Assembly (NCBI RefSeq): GCF_964355755.1
Contig: NC_092675.1
Location: 2,041,812-2,105,811, forward strand
Reading direction: 5' to 3'
DNA length: 64,000 bases
Source of the DNA: Antedon mediterranea
Taxonomy: Eukaryota; Animalia; Echinodermata
Made by a program: the position numbers and the translations under genes. The notes under the pieces were generated by a model. That model made no database searches. It was not told the DNA's origin and was given only the letters and a program-made list of their open reading frames with translations. Numbering within the stretch: the first letter of the stretch is position 1; the number at the start of each line of letters is the position of its first letter. Shown here piece by piece: positions 40,201 through 63,100 of the stretch.

Positions 40201-42815
40201 CATCGTGGTGAATTTCAGAATACAAACTGTGACGTTGACGATATCAATCACTTGTAGTAATTAAACGGTGACGATAGCGAATATGATATCAATTAGTTCC
40301 GGTAAACGGTGATGATGAGGATGCCGATAATGATATCAATCAGCTTCGGTAAACGATGACGATGTCAATAATGATATCAATCAGCTTCGGTAAACGATGA
40401 CGACGCCGATACTAATATCAATCAGCTTCGATAAACGATGAGGATGCCGATAATGGTATCAATAAGTTCCGGTAAACGATGACGATGCCGATAATGATAT
40501 CCATAAGCTTCGGTAAATGGTGAAGATGCCGATAATAATATCAGTCAGCTCTTAGTAGACTAAACTGTGACATAGATAATTTATTATAGCGGATTAATAT
40601 TTACCAATTATTAGGCATGCACAAAAAGCTGTTACCAAAAACGAGTGGTAGGGCAATGTGGATGTTATGATTCAAATTACCCGTTTAAAGGCGGTACACA
40701 ACCTTGTAGATATTCAGATGTTGAACAAAGTAAGTACAGTGTAATAACGACAACATCGTATTCTTATATATAATGTTAGTATAAGGTACTGCAGTGTAGC
40801 TGTATATGTTCCGAGTTATATGACTATGGATGTATAAAATAATATGTTATACGTCCATGATGTTACTAAGCTGGTAGGTAAGAATGAACCAAACATTTTA
40901 CCTAACCAGAGTACCATCAATTGTATTGCATCATGATGTTTTACATTGTGATTTCTTTAAACAGAACAGTGTATGTCGAAAGTAAATGATGACTACAAAA
41001 ACAATGTATTTAAATGTGACTGTCCTCAACCATGCACGTAAGTAATGTATAATATAATATAGTATAAACTGACAGTTTTATACTATTTAAATATAATCAG
41101 TGCATGTATTAAATATAATGTATCAGTTAATGTAGGCATGTTATATATTGATGATAAATTTCAATATACAGTACACATTTTTTTAAATACGAATTTGAAA
41201 ATACCAAATGTAACAATAACCATACACATTAAGTAGTCTTAAAGTAAAAATGAAAAACAATAATTAATGTTCATCAATATAAATGATACAATATCGATAT
41301 AGCTTAATGTAATCTTTTTTTATATTAATACGCAGTGACGACACATTTAAAACAACCCAATCGTTTACATACTGGCCGACTCCAGAGTACAAGGTACCGT
41401 ATTCATTGCTAACATTACATGACATTGTCCCTATTTTAATAGAGAATGAATGTGAGTGGTACAGGTAGCATACAATAATAATATTCAAGGCTGTATCATA
41501 CTGAAGGATATCAGTTCGCGGGAGGAAAGTCGAGTGAACGCTCGCCGAATAATGATATTTCAAAATCTTTCAAATCTAATTGTACTTCTAGAAGCCCATA
41601 ATATTACATTTTGTTTGCAAACGTTCTTCCTTATTCACTACAATTCGGCACTACACTACTATCGAACAGTGTGCATTAATCACTTTAATGTGAGTTATGT
41701 TTGCTCAAATATCTTTCCTTGCATATCAAAGGCCTTTAAGTTTTCGTTAATCTTATGTCATGGATGGTTTTAATAAGTATAATGTGTTTTTACAGGTAGA
41801 TTTCATGGAACTTTTATCTGAAGCATCCCCTGCCCTAAATGATTTAGTTAGGAACGAAAACTTCGACGGTACAAGTTTAAGGTAGGCGCAACAACACATT
41901 GTATCCCATTGTTAACATTGGAATTGCTAATAAAATAAGCTGCATGTTATAACATTACGTGCATTTGAGTGACCATGTGCAGATGGTGCAATAGTACATC
42001 AAACTTGACATAAGCCTACATGACACTTGAATCTACTATGTTATTTATGAAACTTTAATTTCTATTAACAACCATTGTGATTAGAGTGAATATTTCTTAA
42101 AACATTAAAATTCGTATAAGTAGGCCTATTTTATACAAAATGTTGTTTATAATTTAGAGAAAATCTACTTCTTCTTGACATATATTTCGGAGATTTGAAT
42201 TATGATGCGATGGAACAATCTCCGCTTTATTCGGTAAGTTAATCCATTTATACCGTTGTTACGGTATATTATTCTTGGAAGCACTCATACAAAGTAGGAA
42301 CATTATTAAAGTTATACGAATTTTAATTGCGATATATTGAAAGTTGGTTTACTTGTCTGCTACGAATGTATTTGTGTTGACATTAAAATAATCATTAACT
42401 AAATCAAACATCGTTGAAACTAGCACATACATACAAAATTCCTTCTCTCATGCAAAACTAGTTCATTTTCTTCTCATTCCTTTGTATTTTAAGTTAACCG
42501 ATATATAATTCTCTCTAGAAGTCAGACCTAGCCGGTGGACTTGGTGGCACAGTTGGACTGTGGATAGGTGTCTCTGTCCTCACTGTTTTTGAAGCGATAG
42601 AATTCCTTTACGATGCAGTATGTCTTTTGTTAAAGAAAGCAGGGAAGAAACAAGCTAAATCAAACGAAAGTAATATAACAGTGATGAGTGAGGTTAAACC
42701 GACAATGCATGCGATAGATCGCAAGTTTGGTTTTATTGGAAACAGACATATTGTACCAATATCTAGCCCTGAGACACTTTCCAACAAAGAGTTTCTTTTT
42801 TCTGTTCCGACTTGA
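37264..42815 (+). CDS. DEG/ENaC family amiloride-sensitive sodium channel subunit, 11 coding exons
   Basis: Exons 37264-37842, 38535-38740, 39057-39172, 39488-39648, 40057-40164, 40615-40729, 40965-41037, 41336-41393, 41796-41881, 42158-42233, 42519-42815, all GT-AG with consistent phases. Motifs TTAHG, TM1, FPAVTICNINP, RRKR, GHQ...NCSW, YGNCYTLN, Cys-rich thumb (CTKSCYQ..CGC, CDCPQPC) and TM2 GGTVGLWIGVSVLT. Confidence 0.95.
38053..38201. mobile_element. PIF/Harbinger-like MITE in ENaC intron 1
   Basis: TIRs aaagcgtggttctcactag / ctagtgggaaccaagcttt with TAA/TTA flanks. Partial copies at ~37960-37992 and ~38840-38882. Confidence 0.75.
40227..40560. repeat. 41-bp minisatellite in ENaC intron 5, about 7-8 units
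   Basis: Unit gtaaacgatgacgatgccgataatgatatcaatcagcttcg. Confidence 0.9.
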
Positions 42816-44116
42816 CAAAACTTATTATTATTATAACAAAATACAATTGTATATATAAAAAAAATGCTTCTTTTTAGTTTATCATTTATTAAGATTCTTT
42901 ATATTAGTAATGTATATTACAAAAAACAGGAAAAGGAAGTTTTAAACTAGTGCATTTGATTATTTCACATCATATTGTATGTTAAAAAACATTCATTGTC
43001 ATTCTGTATACTATTATTATCAAATGTACATCCAGCGTATTCTAATAAATGTATATATTATCATTATTTTCACAAATAGGTCTAATCCCAAGGTGGCAAA
43101 GAACTGTATATAAGCATGGAGAAATAAGCTCCATGATATAAGTAAGGACATAATGAACTCTTGCGAAACGGTACCACCTAATAAATGAGGGAACATACGG
43201 CTCACGGCCGGTATAGAACATGTCTTTAAATTTCTAGCACTTGGTGTGAATATAAACACTAATTACGAAGAATTAAATGATGCTACAGATGTATTTATAT
43301 ATTTATGATCATTAACATTGAAGTTGTACCTAAAACCATCCGTTACCGCTAAGGATTACAATCCTAGAATATTTACCGTCTGAATTTAAATTAAAAGCTA
43401 TTTGTCAAGGTTTATCGTTTCGTGTAGCGTTTTATATTCGTTCTTGTATAAATATTCGTAAAATATCCATCATTTGCTATAGACACAGTAAATATTTAAC
43501 TTAATGAATAATCAATACCGATACATATAGAAATTAATTGGATCTTTTTTTAATGATACACCGGAGTGCTTTGATCTTTGCCGCGCGTGCGCACAATCGA
43601 GTGTTTTCTTCTGCCCATAATATAAATTGATGTCTCAGTTCCACCCTAACAAGTTTAAAACACATAGGCAGCCACTCTGACATTCCGCACAATTACTGGT
43701 AAATTACACCACCCCTGGGCCGGAATGGGATAATTATCCAGTGTGTACTGTTCAAGCAGTGGTTTCGTCGGAGGAAGGATGTAGGCCTAGGCCTAAATCC
43801 AGGGTGTTACGGTATTGTCCCGGATACGACTTAGAGGAAGTCAACGAATATAATGTTAAACAAAATTACTTTCATTATAAAACCAAATACATGTTTTTGT
43901 AAACGTTATCGCTATGTAAATATGCATATTATTCCTTGTTCATATTTGAATGTGCTGAAGTGTCTAATATTATGAGAGCGACCTTTGGTCATTAGTTCAA
44001 ATTAGGCCAATCTATTGTATCTTTACTTCTAAACAACACAACCATTTCGCTTGTGTTGGATACACGTATTGGATGTATTTGGTTTAAAACTAGTTTAAAC
44101 TTAAACTGGTCTAAAG

Positions 44117-53979
<9,863 letters not shown>

Positions 53980-54476
53980 TTTACTTTCTTCTGTTTTCTT
54001 TTAGACACTTGTCATCACCGAGTTAGGGCACGATATGACGAAGCCTCTCAACTTAAAGTGGACAAATTAACGAATACAACCCATTTTATAATGTTTGAAT
54101 TGTAGGCATTGAGTTGGGTCTACTGTATCTGTTTTAATTTCTTTGAGCAGGGGAATCCATAATAATTGAATGGAGCATGCATGTATCATAAAGGCCCCTA
54201 ATTATGTATGTATGATTATAAAAATAGATACAAATAAAGTAAATACATACAGTATGCTTACTTAACACACTAATGATTTCGTAACTTTTAATATTATCAA
54301 ACATAACATTATCATTAAAGAAATAGAGGATCTACAGCTATGGTATTCGTAATTCTCAAATCTACTAGACAATAAAAATTATATTTGGGCAGCTTTATAA
54401 CATGTTTATTGGTTTTTTATTTTCATCTCATAAAACCAGGGAGGTCTGTGAACTCATCAATGACAAACTACAATAC

Positions 54477-57400
54477 CTAATTTGGTAATTGCGAACGTTT
54501 CTGGTCTTTCTGCATTTTAAACACTGTTGCTAAGCACAGAATGACTGCCATAAAGAACATTACAATGGATACAATGCTGCTTGGTGTTACCAACTTTGCA
54601 TTTGATTTCGTAGTATTGTCTGTCAAAAAATAAGTGTATGGTTCTGAAAAGAACGTGTGTTTCTAATGATTTACGTACGTGAAGTTATGATATGTTACAT
54701 TTTGAACAATTATAATGATAAAAATTGGGGGGGGGGGGGGGGGCTCAATTATGCTTTGATTATTGATTCTTTTTTTAAATATTTTTACTTGACTTTTTTT
54801 TCGCCGTTCTTGTTTGATTGTTTTACTTATTCAGTTTTTTTTTCTCAATAATATTTAAAAATGAAAACAAGTCGTTATTTCATGATTTGTCAAATATTTT
54901 AAAAACATCTTCACATTGTTTTTAAACATATTTTTAGCACATTCAATGTATTTTTAATGGTAAACATAAACAATATCAAAAACGTGTTTCGAAATTGAAA
55001 AAACAATACTTAAATTTACCTGTAGAAGAGACAAGTTGTACGGTTCGAGCGACAGAACGTTTGATGATCTTGTCGCCCTCTGTTGATCGTCGCTTCCTAG
55101 CAGGTGCTTCTTCGCAAGATGTCGGACATCTGCTAATACCATCGCGTTCATCACACAGAACTAAGTCGCATTCAAGAACAATCTGAAACGTAAAACATGA
55201 ATTAATGACTCCAATATATTAAATGTACACTGTTAACCTTTAACAATTTTTTAATATGAAATTTGATTTGATTAAAATACGCCGAACTATTGTAATTTTA
55301 TAAGGCATTTAGCTAACTTAGCAAAGTGACTTGACGAACTGATTTATTTCAAAACTGAACTTATTTTTATACTAACTTGTAAATTGACTTAGTTCTACTT
55401 GTAAAGTGACTTACTAGATCAACTGATTTATTTCGAAACCGAATTTACTTGTATAGGCCTACTAACTTGTAAACTGATCAACAAAACGCAAACAAACGCC
55501 TAGGCTGATTCATGTTAAGTTACTCCGCTTCACTGATCGTCAATTTGTACTGAGGAATGCTGCAAAAACGCTGAAGAACAATCCACTGCACACCAATCTT
55601 ATATATATTAGCGACGATGTTTCAAAGAAGGTGAGAGAGCAGCGGAAAATACTGAGGCAAAATCACATCGAAAGAATAAGACGGCGATCGGACGTTAAGT
55701 TCGCGTTTATCCCGTTCTGTGTGCCTCCAGTTATTAGATACCAGAAGCAAGATGGCCGCTTTGAATCATTCGTACCTGGACAAAACAGCAAATGAACTAC
55801 CAGGGTGTAAACAAAAGGTATTTTGATCCCTAGACTGTGAACACTTTTTATAATTTTCTTTTTTATCTATTACTACGGCATTGCAAATATAGATATTTTT
55901 TATATCAATTTACATGTACATGATAGCTACTCGCAGATGGCGATGGTTATCCAATGCTACGCATTTTTGTATTTGATGTTCTCAAGTGTAATTAATGTTA
56001 ATGTTATCTTTAATTTTATTTTTTTTATTTTGAGTATCGCATTTTATAGACTATTAAATGTGTATGTTTTTATACCCACGGTAATGGAAACGGCTATACA
56101 AAACCGGACTCCGCTAATTATTTGCATTCTTAACATATACTATTTATTTCCATCAGATAACGATGTACAGTATCTATAACGACGTTTATGATCTCAATTG
56201 TTATTATCTCTCTGATATAACTAAATGTATAATAATAACGCAGACAGTAATAAAACCACAAAAAAATAAATATGGGTAGCATAGATATATGTAGTTTAAA
56301 TGTACGGGGGCTTAGAAACCCTTTTAAACGCAGCACCGTATTTAATTGGCTAAGGGATCAACCCTTCTCCATATATCTCCTACAAGAAACCCACTGCACA
56401 CATGAGCTGGAAACTGCGTGGCGTAATGACTGGGGTTCTGAGATTAAATTTAGCAATGGAAAGAATAATTCGGCTGGAGTCTGTATTCTTTTAAAATTAA
56501 ATGTCAGCTACAAAATAGGAAACATATACAATGATCAAAATGGGAAATTTATTATTATGAATATACAAATAGAGGATAAACATATTACAATTGCAAATTT
56601 ATATGGACCAAATGATGACAACAGTTTCTTTTTTGAACAATTTAATAATAAAATTGAGGAGTTCGCACAGTACTCTCTAATAATAGGCGGAGATTTTAAT
56701 ACAATACTTGAACCTGATCTGGATAAGAAAAATGGAAGAGGTCAAATTCACCCGAGATCTGTAGAACAAATAAATAGTATAAAAGACAATTATAATTTAA
56801 TTGACATCTGGAGACAGGAAAATCCAACTAAAACCCAATTTACATGGCACTCCAATCAATCTCCAAAAGTGTTCTGTAGGTTAGATTATTTTCTTATATC
56901 CTATGAACTTTGGTCTCAAGTTGAAAAAACTTTAATATCACCGGGTTTTAAAAGTGACCATTCATTGATTACGTTATCAATACATGGAATAACAAGCAAA
57001 CGAGGGTCAGGTTTCTGGAAACTGAATACAAGCCTTTTAAGTGACCCACAATACGTTAAAGAAATTAAAGAAACCATAAAAAACACAAAAGAAGAATGTT
57101 TAGAAAATAACCCACATACTGTATGGGAAATGATAAAATGTAATACAAGGAGAACATCAATGTCGTATTCTGGTAGACTAAATAAAACAATTAAAAAAGA
57201 CGCGGATCGATTAAACAATGAAATCAAAACCCTAGAAGAGCAATATTGCGTAAACAGTAATGAAAAAATAACCGAAATGATCCAAATTAAAAGAAACGAA
57301 CTAGAATCAATCTATGAAATTAGAACACGTGGCTCACTGATTCGATCCAAAGCCCGTTGGATAGAAGAAGGAGAAAAAAGCACGAAATATTTTCTTAATT

Positions 57401-60087
57401 TAGAGAGGAGGAATTATAATAAAAAGCATATAACTAAAATTACAACAGATAATGGAGACATAACTAACCCCGACGATATAATAAATGAAGAAAAACGATT
57501 CTATGAATCATTATATAGTTTTGAAGGCGAAAATAACAATGTCAACCCTGCTGATATTTTTGACAAGATACACATAGATAAAATCAATAAAGATGATGAA
57601 TCTATATGTGACCAGCCCCTTAGAGATACAGAATGTTTAGAAGCATTAAAGGCGATGGATAACAATAAAACCCCTGGGACAGATGGTTTTCCTGCCGAGT
57701 TTTATAAACTATTTTGGAATGATATAAAAGATACGCTAATTAACGCTTACCATTATTCTTTCCAATCCGGGTTTTTAAGTATCTCCCAGAAACGAGGGGT
57801 GATATCACTTATACCGAAAAAAGATAAATCTCCGCTATTATTGAAAAACTGGCGTCCCATCTCGCTTTTAAATGTGGATTATAAAATTTTAGCAAAAGCC
57901 ATTGCGACTCGTTTAAAATGTGTGCTGCCATCAGTAATTAATCCTGATCAAACGGGCTTTCTTAAAGGCAGATATATTGGAGAAAACATAAGATTAGTCT
58001 ATGATGTAATAAAATATGCAGAAATGCACAACAAGCCAAACTTACTATTTTTTGTAGATTTTGAAAAGGCTTTCGATAAGGTGAAATGGGACTTCCTTGA
58101 TATGTCTCTTAAGAGATTTGGCTTTGGTAAAAATATGATAAATTGGATAAAAATATTATATAAAGACATTGTTAGTTGCGTTATAAATAACGGGGTAACA
58201 TCAAAATTCTTCAATTTAAAACGAGGCCTGCGTCAAGGATGTCCCTTATCCCCATATCTTTTTATAATTTGTGCAGAAACACTAGGTAACATGGTACGTC
58301 AATCAGACACATTTAAAGGTATAGAGTACAATAATGTAGACATAAGAATTAGCCAATTTGCAGATGACACTGTGTTTTTTCTCAAAGACCAAAACTCAAT
58401 TAAACCGATTATAGATATACTGGATGAATTTTCTATATATTCTGGACTCAGAATTAATTATGAAAAAAGTAACATTATGAGAATAGGATCGTTAAGAAAC
58501 TGCGACTATAAAACGCCATCTGAGAAAAGTATTTCATGGACCAAAGGCCCAGTAAAATACTTGGGTGTCAATATTTCTTGTAATTTTAATGATATTTTCA
58601 GACTCAATTTTCCAGATAAGGCTAAAAATGCTGAACAATTATTAAATATGTGGAAACAACGCTCACTTACTCTGTTTGGAAAAGCAACTATTATTAAGTC
58701 ACTGTTTCTCCCGATATTCACGTATGTTTTCTCAAATTTACCAGACCCACCCGATTGTTTCCTTCAAGATATTCAAAGTAAAATTTTTAAATTTATATGG
58801 AACGGAAAACCCGATAAAGTCAAAAGAAAAGTCATGCTTAACAATTTTGACGAAGGAGGGTTAAAAATTCCCCATATTAAGAGTTACTGTACATCTCTCA
58901 AATCATGTTGGGTGAAAAGATATCTTGATGGAAATCAATCCAAGTGGAAAGTGTTTTTAAAAAGTAAGATTAAAGAGGTTGGAGGAAATATTGTTTTCGA
59001 AACCAACTTTTCTAAATCTTCAAAAATATTAAAACAATTTGAAAGGTTCCATAAAGATATACTCTCTGCGTGGAGTGAATACAATTTTGTAGAACCGTAT
59101 ACGATAGAGGACATCTTAAATCAATCTTTATGGAACAACTCATGTTTTGATAAAAGAGAATTTAAAGTTGAAAAAAATTGGTTGGTTAAAAATGTAAACT
59201 ATGTAAAAGATATCGTGAACAAAGAAGGGAAAATATTAGAACTAGACGAATTTAACCAAAAATATAATTTTAAACCAGACTTCTTATTATATCACCAGAT
59301 TGTAAATTCAATTCCAAAGCTCTGGAAACAGAAATTAATTGAACAAGGTATAAACACAACTAATGAAGTTGAATCCAAATTACAGACATTCATTTCTGTG
59401 AAAACGAGAAATTGTCATTATATCTATAAACACATTATATTAAAAAATGTTGAAGAGCCAATTGGAATTGAATCCAAATGGGAAAAGGAGTTTGACAACA
59501 AACTTAATTGGAAAAACCTTTTCTCAAATTTACACGCCTGTACAAATGACACTAAGCTAAAAAATTTTCAATTTAAATTTATTCATCGTATAATTTATAC
59601 AAATACAATGCTCTTTAAGATGTCAAAGGTCGATTCACCAATGTGTAGTTTTTGCAAGGAAAAGCAGGAAACACTGCTACATATGTTCTTTGAATGTGAT
59701 CTGGTAAAGAACATTTGGGAAAATGTAAAACAATATATGTATCGAAATATCAACAATAACTTAATTATCACCAAAGAAAGTATATGTTTTGGTTTTGGAA
59801 AAACACACAGTGATGCAAACATTTTAATTTTAATTACAAAGTGGTACATATTTAGTTGCAAAATCAAAAAACAATTACTTAATTATAATCATTTATTTCA
59901 CATTTACCAAAAATACAAGGCAACCATATTATTAGCAAAATGATTATTATTAAGTGTATTTTTGCGATACATTATTTTTTTTTTCTTTAATTTCATTACT
60001 CTCTTATTTTTGAGAGAGTATTATATCGTTTTAATTGTTACGTTGCCTTTATATATTAATTTTGTATTATGTATGTGATGAAATGAA

Positions 60088-60123
<36 letters not shown>

Positions 60124-63100
60124 TGTAAACTGACTTAGTTCTACTTGTAAAGTGACTTACTAGATCAACTGATTTACTTCGAAACTGAACTTACTTTTAT
60201 ACTAACTTGTAAACTGACTTAGTCTAGTCTGGGTTCCAGACGGAGTTTTGTCTTAATATTAGTAAAAAGATAAATATTTTGGCACATATGGCGTTTCATA
60301 CGTATACTACTTGATTTTGGATACTCCGTCTGGGGAAACACGCACAAGTCACGTGGTTTGACACCAAGAATTCTTGGTGCATACGATTATCCGGTTGACT
60401 AGTTTCAGCTGCGATTGGCTATTCACTCGTACACCATTTTAATATTCATATTTCAGAATTTCTGAACTCAACAACTAAGATGATGCGCATGCGCTATGTT
60501 ACGTTTAGACAATGTGTACTTGGGTACATTTATGAAAGTTTCTGAAGGCTAGACATTATTTTACATGCCTAGTAGTCTGGTAAACATTTGATGGGATTTT
60601 TCCCAAGAACATGAAAACTCGTCTTGATATGATAGGCTAGCTTCTCCGCAAATCAAACATTGAATGGATACGTGTTTCACAAGTCTGTATTTTCAGACAA
60701 AAATCGCGGTCGAAATAAAAACAAATAAATAAAAAAAAAAGATAATACAGACTTGGGGCAAGTCTATGACTTAGTCCTACTTGCAAAGTGACTTACTAGA
60801 TCACAACTGATTTACTTTTAAAACTGAACTTACTTGTATACTAACTTGTAAACTAAACTTATGAAGTCATTTTACAAAATAAGCTTGTTTAGAAAGTAAC
60901 GTCCTTGTAAACTAACTTACTTAAAAAATCAAATTGTATCGTTGAGACCCACCGAGACGAACAAAGGTAAGTTAAGATCAACCCAGTATGCAATGAAACA
61001 GAGACAGAATACAAAGCATAAAAATAATGGACAAAGATAACTTGTAAAGTAATAAGAACCATAAATCCGCTACAAGCAATTGCTAAAAAGTGGAGATGGG
61101 CAAGCCAGGTTGCAAGACTCCACGATAAAGATCCAGTAGGACACCAAGGATAGGGAAAACCCAACGAAGAGAAGTAAATAAAGGGTTTTGGAGGAGGAAT
61201 ATATAACACCGAAGAAAGAAAATAACTTGCAAACTAGCATTCTAAACTAAGTTATTCACAAATAAACTTATACATTACTTATAAATTATCTTGTAAACTA
61301 AATTGTAACCCAAACTTACTTACTTTAGTACCACTATTAATAAACATGAATGCCTCGATTCCATAGAGTCGCTGATGTGCTGTAGTAGATTGGAATTCTT
61401 GCATCGTCGAGTCTCTCATACATCTGTAAAAGGACCGGGTAGTGATGACTGTAGTCACACATGTATGCAAGTTAGTGATTATCATGATTGAATGAAACCA
61501 GACGATTACTGCCTCTGTGGCATTCGGTACAATAGAAGCCAGTGTGTGCGTTGTCTTTAATTCTCGGGCATTTTATGAATCTATTACATTATTATTATTA
61601 ATAAATTACGAGGAAGGGAAGATTGGAAGAAATTACATCGGATATAAATATACAATCCGCTCAGGTTCAGCCAATTCCAAAAGCTATAGGCAGTGGTTCC
61701 ATTGATGTTCCGGAACTTAGACGATCAAATAGAATTCGAAACCAAATATCAAACCAAGTTCTGTGTATCATTAATAATTGAATGAAAATAACTAGAAACA
61801 CATTGGCCGACTCAAAATGATTGTATCAATTGTATTGATTTATTATTATATTGTGATTGCTTATTTTGTGTTATTGATGTATTATAAGAGTATTGTAATG
61901 CAATAAAATCATCAGAATAATTATTGTATAAAAAAGTTAATGTATTTTAAAAATAAAGACTTGGTATTATTAGAATCGATTAAAGTTATAACAATGAAAA
62001 TGATGTCAGTCTCGCAATAAGTAGATAAGATACATATTATTATTAAGTTATTCTGTTACTTCGTCTACCTAAAATTAGAATTTTGGCATAATTCAGTAAC
62101 CTACCCATGTTGTATTACGTAGTACTCGTCGTTAGTTGAATCAGTTGGAAGGGCTTTGCAATTGTCTGTGTATAAAACCACGTCTTCGTCAGAAATATCT
62201 ACACTCAAAGCAAAGTACATCATGTCACCAATTCGAGCTATAACAGGCTCTTGCTTCTCAGAGTCAAACGTTTCGTCCTATATAGATTTAATAGAGAAAG
62301 GTTTTATCAAAGAAAGTGTACATTCCATAGGTTTTGTATTTCAATTATGTTAGTAACTTAAGATGTAACTTCTAATTGAAAGGGATTGACATTAAAAAAA
62401 ATTTCCACTGCGAAGTAGTTTGATTTTCATGGTTACTGTACAGCTGACATAGTTTTTAAACATTACGTCCATAATATAATGATGAAAACAATATTTGCCT
62501 TATACGATTATAACCAATACAAACAAAATATAAAGACACGGAAGGATCTAAGAAAAAGAAGGTAATGATTCTTCAACACCGTTAACTCAAATCCACTATT
62601 CAATATTGATAAATAGTATGTAGGCCTAAATTTGTATTCAAATAATTTGGTTACTTAAGGAAAATTGATTGCAAATTTCACTGGAGTAACATTTAAAAAA
62701 ATGTCATTAAACATTTGAAATGAACACTATTACAGAAAATAATCTTTAAAAAAATCCCCCTTTTCAATAATATACTTTATTATATTACATTAAAGATGTA
62801 TTGTCCAAAATATTAATAATGAAAATTGATTAGTTTTAATAAAGTTAATCACTTCCATAGAGAAACAAGGCCATATAGATGGCTGCAGTCGCGTGCTCGT
62901 TAGTGTTTACCGACCGACCGACCAACCTACCAACTGACCGAAATTACTGAACATGGTTAAAAATGTTGAAATGTTTAAAAACATTTATATTTTTTTAATT
63001 TACACGTGCGTAGCCTGTCACTTTTGACGTGCTCGTATAACGTAATTTCGAGTTGAAAAGTAAGTCAAGAAAACAGAAATCGGGCAAAAAGCGTGCGCAA

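Larger units (their letters stand above)
55478..60120 (+). mobile_element. 5'-truncated L1/Tx1-group LINE, antisense inside a ZP-gene intron
   Basis: TSD (a)acttgtaaactga at 55464-55477 and 60120-60133, ORF1 C-terminal part, ~480-bp spacer, intact ORF2, and AATAAA at 60087 running into ~30 A. Confidence 0.95.

Noticed and set aside
54954-55186. ORFs 54954-55154 (-) and 54995-55186 (+)
   Set aside because: Wrong frames. The real exon is the ZP-C exon 55182-55020 in another minus-strand frame.
56916-59867. Minus-strand ORFs within the LINE
   Set aside because: Antisense shadows of ORF2 with no recognisable motifs.
61610-61785. LTR-retrotransposon integrase tail (ELRRSNRIR)
   Set aside because: The motif is too short, and no integrase core, LTR or PPT could be identified.
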